From: Octopus vulgaris
Lineage: Eukaryota
Assembly: GCA_951406725.2 (NCBI GenBank)
Contig: OX597815.1
Span: 96,596,001 to 96,660,000, forward strand
DNA: 64,000 nucleotides
Direction of reading: 5' to 3'
Below, one piece after another: positions 15,295 through 29,117 of the stretch; the stretch's first letter is position 1; each line of letters starts with the position of its first letter. Below the pieces are notes generated by a model, which had not been told where the DNA came from, did not search any database, and saw only the letters and a list, made by a program, of their open reading frames with translations. A program made the position numbers and the translations under genes.

Positions 15295-15510
15295 AATTAC
15301 TGAAATGCTGCTCTTCCTAGAATCTCAGACAAAATAATTAACAACAATTTTTTTCTGGCTTTTTGCTTTCTGAATTCCATTCTCGCTGAGGTCAACTTAG
15401 CCTGCCATCGTTCGATTTTGACAAAATATAATACTTGTCAAATATTGGTGCTGATGCACTCGATTAGGTCCCTCACCTAAAATGCTTTCCCTAAAATTTG
15501 AAGTAACTAT
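15295..15510 (+). mobile_element. Degraded family A SINE
   Basis: TTCTGAATTCCATTCTCGCTGAGGTCAACTTAGCC... matches the family A body. Confidence 0.5.
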
Positions 15511-17453
15511 TATTACTGTTGATATGCCAACATATCAATCTTGGTCCAATTGAGAAGGCATATAATCGGAGACACCCTAAAAATGACCAGCCTGACCTCT
15601 TTAGAAGAGCTTATAGTATCTTCTTATCAGATGTAATATTTCTTTATTTCAATATATTAAACGAAAGTCCTTTGCCAATTATGTTTTGATAGTCGAGCGG
15701 CTACGTTGAAGCTTTCTTCAACATTTTCACGCTCGAAAAGACGTTATTTTTTTCACGATGCCAGAAAGAGTATCCTCAATCATACAGGCAAAACAACAAT
15801 AACAACAAGAAAAGCAAACTAGAACAACAACAACAACAACTACTACTACAACGGCATTAATAGCAGCCCAATGACATCTACAACTGTAACAACAACAACA
15901 ACAACAACAACAACTACTACAGCAGCATAACACACGCTGGAATTTTATAATGAGTTCATGAAATAACCTCGTTTTACTGTCGCTATCTCCTCGCCAGATA
16001 CAATGCAATGATGTTTTAGCACAACACATAAACAATAAATGTAGCAAAACTACACATTTACAGACACACAGATACACAAAGTACACACACACACACACAC
16101 CAGCACACACATATACAATGCACACTCACAACCATAACTGGCACATAAAGCACAAACTCACAAGACCACATTACATAAGGTAAGCAGCAACAACACTGAT
16201 AGAAATTATTGTTAAGCAACACCTTAAAGCCAATCTTACGTCGCATACAACAAACATATCAACACAACAACCACAACATAACGAGTCAATGATCAATCCT
16301 GTACGAGGCTGCTGGAAATACAATATAGTAGGCAAATCGGCCTCAAATCTCACTTCACCGTCTTCTGAAAATAGATCTGATTGTGAAATGAATCTATTCA
16401 CCAGTGAGTTCGGCAATTAGCATTCAGTTTTATCATCAAAAGCACAGGTAAAAAATAACGTGCAAATGAATATTTCACAGACAATTAATGTGATTATCAA
16501 ATTCAGTCTGCGTAGAACAATACGTGACAAAGCTAGACAACTACTTTTCAAGTTTTATCCACCTGATTGGCTACTACCCACTTATCACCCACCTCAATTT
16601 CTTTCACTAGACATGGGACGATATTGGGTGATCTGAGCAACGGTAAAATACATTGGACCATGATGACACGCACTGGACACGAACGGAGAGTCTCATGATT
16701 GCAAGGGGTAATAAACATAATCGTGAGTATAGTATTCCTCGAACAAATATGAAATAGTAAAAGCTGGAAAAATATCTGTGTATATTTTAGCGCATTAATT
16801 AATGACAGGCATAATAACGAACACAATGGCGACATTACTATCATAATCTCACATATGTATCAAAAAGCCGATATGAAAGACACATATACACACTTGCACT
16901 CCTGATTATAAAAGATACGCGATTCCAGAAGCATCATGCAGTAGCATTACATAAACATCAGTAGCATATATTTTCAACAGACACATCACATATTAAGAGG
17001 TATTTAAAAAAAAAAAGTCACACATTAATAAATACTAAGAATAACAATAACAAAAATATGTCACATCACAAGCAGATACCAGCGATGAAGCAAACAATCC
17101 TCCACGGGACTACTTGATCGTTAAAATATTCCTCGTGGATATAAGTAACAATGCCAGATGCTCTCTAGTACGCATTCAGATTTAAACACGCATCCGGGAG
17201 TCGAATTATGAAGAGGCATTGAATATCCGTTCCTTAATGCAAGCTTGAGTCAATATCGCAGGCAAGTTTTGCTTAAAAACGTGGTTGAATGATTTACTTT
17301 ACTTCATCGCCACCAAGTGTCATTTGCAACACTTGCTGGACTTAAACTTGGACGCTTTGAACTCTTTCGCTAGATTTTCTCGCGCACGTCCAGGTAAAAG
17401 GACAGAGAATAGATTATCAATTTGTCAAGTACGAGTGTCTTCTCTTTCAAAAA

Positions 17454-17487
<34 letters not shown>

Positions 17488-17495
17488 TGCCTGTA

Positions 17496-17562
<67 letters not shown>

Positions 17563-17609
17563 ATATGTATATATATATATATATGCACATACCCACACAT
17601 ACACACACA

Positions 17610-17880
17610 TACCTTCTTTACTTACACTCTGCTGTCTTTGAAAGAACGTTTTCTTCACCCATTCCCTTCCGGTCATTCAATGTGACCGCCTGGGTATCGT
17701 TGGAGATTTCTTTTTCAGTCTTCCCTTCCCTTGATCTTTCCTTTTTCTATGTTTCTAACGAAGAGGTCCGCTCGAAATGTTGAATCCTCCTTTCTTTCCC
17801 TTCCTTAGCGTCCAATAACACTATACTTGTTCCACGCCCTCGCGTTGCTGTTTTCTGTTTGTTCGTGTTTGGATTAACTA
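17610..17880 (+). mobile_element. Penelope-like 3'/pseudo-LTR fragment with degenerate hammerhead at 17751-17785
   Basis: GTTTCTAACGAAGAGGTCCGCTCGAAATGTTG resembles CTGANGA-stem(GAG..CTC)-GAAAC; pyrimidine-rich flanks; bounded by SSRs. Confidence 0.5.
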
Positions 17881-17885
17881 TACAT

Positions 17886-17942
<57 letters not shown>

Positions 17943-17996
17943 CATATATACATAGGTGTGTGTGTGTGTGTGTGTGTGTACATGAGTGTGTGTATG

Positions 17997-19457
17997 TGTT
18001 AATTAAAATGAGACAACAAAACAAGTGTGTGTGGAATTTTGAGGACGTTTATAAAGTTAGTCTTACAAATCTTTCTGGGACATTAAGTATATCCTTTCAT
18101 CAGAGACGATGTGAGATGGGTAAAGAGAAGGAAATAGTAGAGTTCAATATATTATGTGGGGTTATTTTGGAAAAGCAATGGAAATAAGAAGTATAAAGGG
18201 AAATAAGAGAATAAAAGTAAAAATAAAAATATATGTATGTTGTTATAGTTGCAGTTCCATTGTCCAAAGAAAGAGGTGTATAGAAATTGTAGGAAAAGCT
18301 TCTTGTCCATGGCTTGTAAAAGTCGATAAGAGTTCATATTTTGTCATTACAATCGGAAAGTGTGGAGACGTAGATTTCACGTGCTGTTCATTCATAGGGG
18401 TCTTGTGGTGTGGATGAAAATTTGAGAATGTAGTGGTAGTATTAAGTAGCTAGAGAGGAGAGAAAATAAGTGTATGGTCAAAAAGATTAGGTGGGGAAAT
18501 AAGAAAGAAAGAAAGAAAGAAGAAAAGAAAAATGTGAAAAAAGGAGTGTTAGTTAGTGGTCAAGATATTATAAGGGGGTGGGAGAAGAGTAGGATAGGGA
18601 TAGGAAGAAATAAAAATGTAAGGAATGAATGTGTGTAAGGAATAAATATGTATAAGGAATGGGAGCTGGGTGATATATTTGAGATTTACAACTCACTTTA
18701 AAAAATCCCACCCCTGTAATATTTTCTGTACCCATCCCTCCACCCTAGTGCCTTTCCAACTGAACACCCCACCTCACACTCCTCACACACATTCATTCCT
18801 TATATTCGGATCTCTTCCTATCTCTCCTCTACTCTGCTCCCATCCCCTCGTAATATCTTGACTACCAACTAACACTCCTTTTTTCACTTTTTGCTTTGTC
18901 ATCTAGTAACTTTTCTCTTCCTCTTTCTTTATTCCTCCCTCACCTGTTCCTTTTGACCATTATCCTCAGTTTAACATTAGTTACACATTATTTATCCGCT
19001 ATATCTACTCAATACCGCCACTATATTGGCAAAATTTAATTCACATAACAAGACCCATTTGAATGAACAGCACATGGAAACCTACGCCTCCACCCTTTCA
19101 ATTTTTAATGACAAAATATGAACTCTTATCGGATTTTGACATATGATGGACAAAAAGCATTTCTACGACTTCTACACACCACTTTCCTTGGATAATGAAA
19201 CTGCAACTATAACATCGTACATATATTTATATTTATATTTTTATTATTCTCTGATTTCCCTTTTTACATCTTATTTACACCCTTTTCCAAACTAACTCCT
19301 TACATTGAACTCTAATGTATACTTCTATTTAACCACCTCACATCGTTTCTGATAAGGGCATATTCCTTATATGTCAAAAACAGCTGTAAGACTAACTTTA
19401 TATAAGTCCTGAAAATTCCAAACAGCATTGGCTTTGTAGTCTCATTTTATTTAACAT
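17997..19457. mobile_element. About 1.45 kb fold-back: two inverted, diverged arms of about 650 bp from a Penelope-like terminal region, each ending in a hammerhead motif
   Basis: Matches such as GATAAGAGTTCATATTTTGTCATTA (18325) with TAATGACAAAATATGAACTCTTATC (19106), TGTTATAGTTGCAGTT with AACTGCAACTATAACA, and GTGAAAAAAGGAGTGTTAGTT with AACTAACACTCCTTTTTTCAC. Confidence 0.8.
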
Positions 19458-19690
19458 ATTTAGGCTCATACATGATCCGTATAAGACTCCTCACTCGTAT
19501 TATTATCGAACCGAGTGTTTAACTACGACACTTCCATAGCACTTACATAACAATACTTGCCACCTTTGGTCTTCTGGAAACCAATACCTCTCATATATAT
19601 ACATATATATATATATATCTATATATATATATATATATATACATAAGTATATATATATACACACATAAGTATATATATATACATACAAAA

Positions 19691-19739
<49 letters not shown>

Positions 19740-19810
19740 TATATATAGTTACATATATATAGCTATATATGTTATTATTATCACTGACAAGAACAACAAC
19801 ACTAATATTA

Positions 19811-19872
<62 letters not shown>

Positions 19873-19972
19873 GTAAGTGACCAGTAAGCATTAAAGCCTA
19901 TAAAATAGCAAATCCATAAATTTTATATACATACATTTACATACATATATGCCCAATTATAATACTTCATTG

Positions 19973-20026
<54 letters not shown>

Positions 20027-20076
20027 CATATATATATATATACGTTTATTTATTTATATATATATACATATATGTT

Positions 20077-20479
20077 GGCGCAGGAGTGCGTGTAAACTAA
20101 GAAGCTTCCTTCCCAACCACATGCTTCCAGGTTCAGTGCCACTGCGTGGCACCTTGGGCAAGTGTCTTCTACTATGTCCTCTCGCAAACCAAAGCCATAT
20201 GAGTGGATTTTTGAAGGTAAATTGAAAAAACGCTCGTCGTATGTATATATATATATATATATAATATGTGTATGTATGTCTGTTTGTCCCCCAACCACCG
20301 CTTCACAACAGATGTTGGTGGGTTCACGTCCCCGTAAGCTTGCCGTTTAGCAAAAGAGACCGATAGAATAAGTAGTAGTCTTTCAAACAATAGTTCCTGG
20401 GTTTGATTTGTTCGACTTAAGACGCTGCTCCAACATAGTCGCCGTCGAATGACAAGTAAAACAATAAAAGAATAAAAGA
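20077..20479 (+). mobile_element. tRNA-derived SINE family B (bipartite, internal TA/TG microsatellite)
   Basis: GGCGCAGGAGTG...GGTTCAGTGCCACTGCGTGGCACCTTGGGCAAGTGTCTT...GAGTGGATTT; tail GCTGCTCCAACATAG...TAAAAGAATAAAAGA. Confidence 0.8.
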
Positions 20480-21114
20480 AAATATACATACATACATGCA
20501 TATATATGAATTATAATACATATAATTGTATATATTGAAAGTGAGCATAGCAGAGTTACAATTACAACATCATACTGGTTTTCACAATGTATATTTGCAT
20601 CTTACGTTCTTAACAACATTATTTTTTGAACGGAATCTAACAGAAGTTGGGAATATTTAATATGACGACACAAATTTAGTTGCTACAATATAAGCAACAA
20701 TTCGTTAGTGATATCAATGGCATTATCTTAAAAAAAAACAGTGGAAGAATTTTATAAAGTCTCTAGTATTTTCATCAAAATACAAGAAAGGAAAATGTTG
20801 CAATTCCCTGCCTTCTGACAGCGAATATTGTGTGTGTTATACGTTTCGCGAAAACGAAATATATCTGGGTAATTGTACATGGAATTGGGTGGGAAAATTT
20901 ACCTGTTTGGCTACACCCCAGACGAATGATAATCTAAAGCGACACATATATATGTACATACATACATACATACATACATACATACATACATACATACATA
21001 CATGCATACATACATACATGCATGCGGTTTCTGTGGCGTATGTGTTCCCTTCATCTGGACGGGATAGAGAGTGACAGAGAATGTATGCATCTCATGCTAA
21101 ATACATAAAGGACG

Positions 21115-21330
21115 GTGGTTAGGTGGCAGTTGTGCTAAATGCCGGACCAAATACCTAATACGATTTTTTGTTGTAATTTATGTTCTAACTTGTATTTCCA
21201 TTGCAGTCAACACCTCCTTCAATCCTTTTGAATATGGTAATGTACACTGCTTGTCAAGTGCCATACTGCTGTCATCTAATTGCTCTCTCCGCCACAAACC
21301 GCTGGTCTTGTGCCTTAATTAGAAACATCT
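21115..21330 (+). mobile_element. Degraded family A SINE
   Basis: Collinear degenerate match to the family A head, body and GGTCTTGTGCC..TTAGAAAC tail. Confidence 0.45.
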
Positions 21331-21616
21331 ATTATTGATTACTGTTATTGAGTTTTCTACACCTGAAGCCTCACATACTTCACACTTCTTACATTACTCT
21401 TTGACACCTACCGTTAATATTTGTGACAAGATACTCTGTAGAAACCAGCAATATTCAAAATGGCTGCAGCAATCATACTCAACATAGAATAATTACACGA
21501 TCACTTAAGCTACTGGGAATAGCAATCAAATTCCCTTATAATCTTGCTCGTTAAAAAGAAAAAGGAAGAATACAATGTGCGTGTGTATATATGCATATAC
21601 ATATATATATATACAT

Positions 21617-21661
<45 letters not shown>

Positions 21662-22262
21662 TGCATACATGCATCTGCACAATGTATATGTGTAATATCC
21701 ATATGTCGGAAAATGAGAAAGGACCGTCATAACTACAAAGGTTTGGTCATGTGTCTACTTGATTAGTATTGACCTGGGCTAAGGAACAAATGGACACTAT
21801 TTCTACTCACCAATTCGACACCAGTACTGTAGTAATTATAATAATGATTTATTCATTCTATTGTGTCTGTTGAAGAGGGATATTAACATGAGGAAACGGA
21901 TGACGGTATTTTAATTCATAATAAATGGACAGCGTAATAACAGAACACACTTGTAATAGAGGAAACTGATAAATCACCATATGAATTGCATCAAGTTTGG
22001 AAGGTTAGAACGCAGCGTCAAAAAGCCTGTCAGGATTTGAGATCAGGATATGTTATGATATACCGAACTTTAAGGATGTGTTATCCGGCGCTCTACTGAT
22101 TCTGCTTCCAATGACTGAAGTTATAATCAATAATTTTTCTAAATATAGGACTGTCATTATAGTCAGCGTGGTATGTTAAAACTACACGTTGTTAACACCT
22201 ATGCCATACATTTTAAATATACATATCGACAAGAGTATGTATAAGTATATGTATTTGTATAT

Positions 22263-22675
22263 GTGGCTGTGTGGTAAGTAGCTTGCTAACCAACCACATT
22301 GTTCCGTGTTCAGTCCCACTGCGTGGCACCTTGGGCAAGTATCTTCTGCTATAGCCTCAAGCCCACCAAAGCCTTGTGAGTGGATTTGGTAGACGGAAAC
22401 TGAAAGAATCCTGTCGTATATATGTATATATATATATGAATGTATGTGTATATGTTTGTGTGTCTGTGTTTGTCCCCCTAGCATCGCTTGACAACCGATG
22501 CTGGTGTGTTTACGTCCCCGTCACTTAGCGGTTCGGCATAAGAAACCGATAGAATAAGTACTGGGCTTACAAAAGAATAAGTCCCGGGGTCGATTTGCTC
22601 GACTAAAGGCGGTGCTCCAGCATGGCTGCAGTCAAATGACTGAAACAAGTAAAAGATTAAAGAGAATAAAAGAGA
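22263..22675 (+). mobile_element. SINE family B, well preserved
   Basis: GTGGCTGTGTGGTAAG...GTTCAGTCCCACTGCGTGGCACCTTGGGCAAG...GCCTTGTGAGTGGATTTGGTAGACGGAAACTGAAAGAA; tail GGCGGTGCTCCAGCATGGCTGCAGTCAAATGACTGAAAC. Confidence 0.88.
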
Positions 22676-23159
22676 AAATATGTATGCACACGTAATCACA
22701 CATACACAGTACACACACACATACATGTAAGTATTCATATGTATGAATTTAAGTATTCAAGTAGTAACAGAATCGATAAAAGGCGTACGGATTATATTTA
22801 TATGAAAAGTTGTGCATACAATTTACATGATGCAATCAAAACCTATATTTACAGCTGTTTCGAATGCTCGTTAATTGGCTGATATAGCAATGAGTACTAT
22901 ACAAGCGGTCATTATACTGAGGCAATATTTTAGGTATACATGAATGCAAGTCAAGGCTATAAAATAGTACGGATTTTCAAAAAATTTCGTATAATTTCAT
23001 TGATTGAAATTACATTTTAAATATTAATATTACTGGTTGCACCTGGGATAATAATCGTAATACTAATAATAATATTGGCAATGATAATGTTATCAGTAAT
23101 AGGACTGATAAAAATTCTGTCTATAACGATCTTGATGTGATAGAAGATGTATCTCCCCT

Positions 23160-23545
23160 AATAGCGAATTTTCCCATGCGTTGCTATTGTTTACACTTTA
23201 CGTTAAATTATAAATGCACAGTAACCACAGTACAATCCAACCCCACTAAAATTTACATAGGATCAACGATCGAATTTAAGTGCTGATGCCTCGCATTTAT
23301 CGGCACATTCTCGAACGTTAAACAAACATTCTCAACCTACCCGGCCACTTAAATCTCATTTCAGCTTTGAAGGTATCCTTTATGATATCCCCGTGTTTAT
23401 CATTAACACTGAAATATTGTTTGTGGAGGTCGACTGGCTTCTAATTTATATTACCGATAATCAGTGAAATTACTTTTCTAAGAAAGAAAGATTTTCTACA
23501 AAAGATTGCCGTTAGAGTTATTAAAACATTTTCATATTACCATAA
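23160..23545 (+). mobile_element. Penelope-like element GIY-YIG endonuclease relic
   Basis: Translation NFPMRCYCL..LNYKCTVTTVQSNPTKIYIGSTIEFK resembles CPL.G.CL...IIYKATVT...KIYIG.TE.FK; preceded by an Asn-rich stretch. Confidence 0.7.
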
Positions 23546-23584
23546 ATCATTATACTATAGCAGATTTAGGTAAGCCTTAAATAA

Positions 23585-25125
23585 GTTTTCATTCCCCTAC
23601 CCTTCGGCTGTTCTTCCAATTCTTCTCTAATACTTGATGTTTACAGAACATCTGTTCGGGTCTTTCCTTCTTCCCTCTAATGACCGCATTTCGATATTTC
23701 ATCTTACACTTAGGTGTGTTCACTGCATTGTGGGTTGTCTCGTCTACGGCAGATACCCACATGTTCCCTACTCTTCCTTCTAGTAAGTAGATCACGGTCA
23801 TATCTCCTACTTGATGTTCATCCGCTCTTTATATGTGATATATAGACTCGATACAATTGCCGCAATTTACAATGTTTATATGTATGCCTTGATAGAATCC
23901 GTTTATGTTATTATGTCTAACCCATCCCCTACCTGGTCTGATTAATGCATTTTTTCTCACTACATAACGTTATAGCCACTGTTTATAACTCGCGTGTCCA
24001 TAATGCATGTCTCACATTGACTGACTCTCCCTTAGCAGCGCTACTGTCTCTGTCTTCTTGGTACATGGATCATTTGTTGTCTCAAATTTCTTTTTGCCAT
24101 TCCTTTGTTGATTCATTATTTTTTCCTATATCTGTACGCTGTAGGTGTGCTTCCATTCACTTCACTAATGGATGCCCTTCACTTCACCTTGCACTTCTGT
24201 CAACCCTCCCCACGCCAATATATCTCTCTACAGCTGCCCTTTACGTTTTTATCTATCTAGTTTATCGAACCCAATATATTTAATTATAATCACTCAGCTG
24301 GTGCCTTACGGATAACATCTCAAGAGTACATTGCATTTGCATATTCTTTCTTTGGAGGCGATTAGTGTCTTTCCTCAGGGAAGACTTTCTCCTTAAGGCC
24401 CCTGTAGTTTTTGTGGGATCTCGGATGAATACACCCGCAGTTTGTACCGTCTACCCTATGGTAACTTTTGCCTTGCAGGTAAAATTTGTAGGTCCTTGAC
24501 TTCACACCAAATTTCTTCTCACCTCTAGGGTTTCAGATTCCATTGACACCAGCATATTTGAGTTTTCTGTTTTCTGTCTGGTGAATTGGGGTTTCGGTTT
24601 TAGTTATTTTCTTTTCCTTTCTTCTTAATTTTCTCCCCTTTCTTCTTTATGTTTGAGCTCGTGTTCCTTCCTCCCTTATCTGGTGGTAGCATTTGCATGC
24701 CTCTGGATTTCCAATGGGGTGAGGTCTCCGTTCTTTCATAGGACCACAGAGACAGAGGGACTTCTTGTTGTTACTTTATTAGCTTCCTTATCCTTACCAG
24801 CTTGGTTGCTCATAGGGGAGGGGGATCCATTATTTTGAGGGATCACTGGGTCAAAGAGAATCCTGGGTTTTTGCCTCGTTTTCCCTATCCTTATCAGCCT
24901 TGCACAGTAGTTGTCCATGATGACATCAAGAGTGTCAGTATGTGGTCTACCAAGAAGAGGGAAACAGTAGTGCTGCTAAGGAGGAATTCATATTCCTTCT
25001 GCTCTATCTGCTCAATGGTTCTACAGAAGCCATTGTTGTTCAGTGCAGAAGTGATGATGTTGTTAGGCGCATCATCACTAGCAATTACCAATGCTCGCAA
25101 TAGAAGTTTCAATTTATTACAGTTG
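23585..25125 (-). mobile_element. Degraded non-LTR retrotransposon fragment, clade uncertain
   Basis: More GC-balanced, purine-rich minus strand with broken ORFs and a Cys-rich knuckle-like remnant (SQCETC...TVA..C); no intact diagnostic motif. Confidence 0.35.
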
Positions 25126-25151
25126 TAACAAAAAGAGAAAGTGAAAATACG

Positions 25152-25319
25152 ATAGTGAAAAGAAAGAGGTTTCGGAACGAATTCGCTAACGTAAATTTTT
25201 CAGATAGAATGTAAACGAAGAGCTCGCTGTAAGAAAAAGTCTAATGAAAAACTATAGTGATAAAAAGAAGAGGTTTCGTAACGAATTTGCTACGGTAAAT
25301 TTTCAAATAGAATATAAAC
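25152..25319. repeat. Direct duplication of about 65 bp (25152-25216 and 25254-25319)
   Basis: AAGAGGTTTCG(G/T)AACGAATT(C/T)GCTA..GTAAATTTT..ATAGAAT occurs twice. Confidence 0.8.
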
Positions 25320-25714
25320 AATCAATAGGATTTGATTCAAATTTTCATGAGGTATTACCAAAGATATATCAAAATTAGCAAAATGAGTAGGATTCTTGTT
25401 CCCTAGAGGTAAAATTCCAATCCTTGTTCTTGTACGAAGAAGTTTTGTTTCAAAGAAAGATCGCGTTACACAACCGCATATGAAAGTACGATCTATCACC
25501 GTCTGCTTTCTTCGAGGATAACTCTGGCTTGCGTCACTGTCTTTAATGTAATATGTTAAACTTTCAGTGTACTATATTAATTGTTTTACCAGTATATTAT
25601 CCTTGATAGTTATGTTTTTTGTCAGTTTTATAGATCTTTCGTCGATGTAGGGAATCCCTCTTGGTTCTTTTCTGAGCATGAAACGCACGTTTTTCCACAA
25701 CGAAACCGGAAGTG

Positions 25715-25799
<85 letters not shown>

Positions 25800-25820
25800 A
25801 TCTATCTAGCTATATATAAA

Positions 25821-26155
25821 GGGTAAAGACCCCCTTCGGTCATGAATGACCATGGGATTGCACCTAGAAAGTTACCCTCCTAGACACAAGTCCGGGCAGG
25901 TTGTTTATGGAAGACCAGCAGTCGCCCATGCATACCAGCCTTCCCTCTCCACGCCACCAGTGTTATCCAAGGGAAAGACAAAGGTCGATACAGCTTGGAA
26001 CCAGTGACGTCGCAACTCATTTCTACAGCTGAGTGAACTGGAGCAACGTGAAGTAAAGTGCTTTGCTCAAGAACACAGCACGCAGCCCGGTCCGGGATTC
26101 GAGCTCACAACCTCACGATCGTAAGCTCGACGCTCTAACCACTGAGCCATGCGCC

Positions 26156-26158
<3 letters not shown>
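25821..26158 (-). mobile_element. tRNA-derived CORE-type SINE (family C)
   Basis: Minus strand: GGCGCATGGCTCAGTGGTTAGAGCG (A box)...GAGCTCGAATCCC (B box)...TGTGTTCTTGAGCAAAGCACTTTACTTCACGTTGCTCCAGTTCACTCAGCTG (CORE-like). Confidence 0.85.
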
Positions 26159-26202
<44 letters not shown>

Positions 26203-26401
26203 TTGTCTGGATGTTTATATACATACACACACACATGTAAACATACATATATCCATACATACACAAACATACACACACACATATATATATATATATACAT
26301 ATGCACATTCATGAACGACACATATATAAAAACTCTAACCTCATTACAAATTCAGGTTTATACTTGTAATTTTTGGGGCCCTGTGATATGTAACACATTA
26401 C

Positions 26402-26437
26402 CTAAATACTAATCTTGAGAAATTATGCTTCTCAAAA
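26402..26437 (-). CDS. Candidate coding micro-exon (36 bp, phase 2-2): (D)FEKHNFSRLVF
   Basis: TTTCCCCTTTCTAG acceptor, TAG|GTAATG donor; the only open frame matches the phase of exon 30559-30637. Confidence 0.3.
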
Positions 26438-26689
26438 CTAGAAAGGGGAAAGTTAATTCGAAGACTACAGATCTAATCCATCACTTGAACTGTAAATATC
26501 TGTAAAACTTTCCAGAAGTTTATCATTTAAATATATGAGTATGTCTAGCTATGCAAGTATATGCATGGGAATACATACATAAAACATAACATACAAATCT
26601 GAACATAAAGTTCTATATTTAAGACATGAGGAATCGTGTACATTATTTACAATATTTGCGTTTGACGGATATTTGTCCTGTTCTTGTTG

Positions 26690-27221
26690 TCCTGCTCTTG
26701 GCTTCTGATCTTAAATGATTGGAAGTGTTATCACGTATATTGTTTCGTCTTGGTATAAAAAATGGGCTACAGCAAATATTCTGCTCAATACCACAGATTT
26801 GCTTGTCTGTTGTTTGACCTTAACAAGTTGAACGTGTCCCTTAGTAGCTGACGATATGTGCATCTCTGATCACAAGCAGAAGTAGTGGGGAAGCAACATA
26901 GCCATGTGTTGAGAGGGATTCTTTGGGGTTTGAATAATTCAACTCTGGAAACATAAGTGTCTTCTTCAACATCCTTAAACAACCTTTATTCAGGGATATT
27001 TTGAGCGGGATGGGCTACTCGATCACAAGAAAATTTTAACTGGGCCCCACCTGCAAGGTCATGTGCTGTTTATCTTGATATGAGATTACCATGTCGCACA
27101 CATATAGTTGTGATGCATGTTCCTTGTGTACCTTTATCAGACGGGTAGTCATGATGGGTATACTGGGTTTCGTATATTGTGCCCCAGCGTCACTTTGATG
27201 GCATGCACTGCTCTCTCACCC
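26690..27221. mobile_element. Non-autonomous element of about 520 bp abutting (AAT)n; second copy at 48306-48810
   Basis: Long collinear similarity between the copies, e.g. GTCTTGGTATAAAA.ATGGGCTACAGCA, GTTGTTTGACCTTAACAAGTTG and TCAGACGGGTA.TCATGATGGGTAT. Confidence 0.75.
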
Positions 27222-27268
<47 letters not shown>

Positions 27269-27297
27269 TTCTAATAAAAATTAAAATAATAATAATG

Positions 27298-27358
<61 letters not shown>

Positions 27359-27399
27359 TAATAATAATAACAACAACAACAACAACAACAACAACAAAC

Positions 27400-27565
27400 A
27401 ACATCGAAAAATACCTTACGAATGCGAAACTAGATTCGAAATTTCCCCAAGACACATAATGAAATCTGGAGGGTAAATCAGCCGAAATGTTTTGTTAACA
27501 ACAAACAAGATGAGGAATGGAAATAAGATGAGGAGAAATATTCGTCAAATGTAAGTAATGTCCCT
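27400..27565 (+). mobile_element. Penelope-like terminal segment with degenerate hammerhead (27451-27497); an inverted copy of its end lies at 26636-26688
   Basis: GACACATAATGAAATCTGG..TCAGCCGAAATG; AAATATTCGTCAAA..TAATGT is mirrored by ACATTA..TTTGACGGATATTT. Confidence 0.5.
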
Positions 27566-27655
27566 CATTGTGGTTCCTTCGACTAAAATTCTTTCAGGTA
27601 GCACGCGATGTGAAATTATTAAAGGAAAAGAAAAGGAAAAAATATACGTAGGCAC

Positions 27656-27788
<133 letters not shown>

Positions 27789-28851
27789 TACATATGCATA
27801 TTTACATACATATATAATTCTGAACAAATACATTCATAAATACATATATACGAATAGAAATACCCTGCGGTTGATGTTCAAATTCCAATGTTCAAATTCC
27901 ATGGATCCAGGTTAGAAACCGGCCCTTTCTATGTTAGCAAGAAATCTTGAAATAAAACTGAACAACGGCATACATCAGTACATATACACTGACAGACAGA
28001 TATCCGTATATACATAGATAAACAGTTTCAAAGATTGGAAATTGAAGAGATTTTGAGAAATTTTTGATGAATGTTAAATAACAAGACAATTATTTTGAAA
28101 ATGTCATTTGGCGGATGTAGGAGGTGGCTGTTTCCTCTTAAATAGTTTTTCAATAAAAAGAAGCTTACTTCTCTATGTTTGAAGCTGTAACGAACAGCAG
28201 GATATTAATCGCCTCGTTTAGCCACACGAAGCTATTCCTCATGAGATCAATATCACGTTAATGACTCCGGTTTATTTCGGACAAAACAGATTGCTTGTTA
28301 ATTTACTCAATAATTGTTACATTCGTGCACATTTGTTAAAACTGACTGACTATTAAGTATTAAGGCAGTAAACATCAGCAAGAGATCACTCTATGAGAGT
28401 TTACATTCTGCCTGTTAGATATAGCCAGAAATATCATCCTCAAATTACCTCCGGGCTACTATGAAAAAAACATAATGATTATATTTTAAATAATGTTGTT
28501 TCAAATACACTATGCATGCACATAAGTGTACAATTCCAAACACTGAGCGTTTCTAAGGTGGCCAAGCTTGTTGCAAATAGTAGCAAAGTTGAATACATAC
28601 AAACACACACATACAAACACACACACACAAACACGCACACACACACACACACACAAATAAAATACGAGGGATTACTATAACCAGATTCCCATTGATTATA
28701 TGGGTGTACAATAGCCGATCATGGCTAAACAGTGGTAGAGATAGACAACACTTAAGGCTGGACTAGCATAGCTATGAAATAATGGAGATGATTAAACACT
28801 ATTTAACACAAGGATAAATAATGACTAAGGAAGAGAGAAAGACCGAAGGCA

Positions 28852-28883
<32 letters not shown>

Positions 28884-29031
28884 AATGGGAGAGGGATATA
28901 AAATCACATGACTATTCTTATTGCTGCATAGTTTTGTTTTCTCCTCTACTGCTTTTTTTTATATTCTGAAATACACATAAGCACAAAACTTGAGAAATAT
29001 GTCCATGCATAAACACATGTGCAACATATAT

Positions 29032-29113
<82 letters not shown>

Positions 29114-29117
<4 letters not shown>

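Noticed and set aside
17320-17395. Minus-strand C-terminus-like peptide [23 protein letters not shown]
   Set aside because: No AG follows the pyrimidine tract to splice it in frame; probably chance.
22848-22870. GAAACAGCTGTAA hammerhead half-motif on the minus strand
   Set aside because: No CTGANGA box upstream; at most a broken relic, so not counted.
26085-26158. tRNA-like sequence with A and B boxes (also 60446-60515)
   Set aside because: It continues into SINE core and tail with no proper acceptor stem, so it is a SINE head rather than a tRNA gene.
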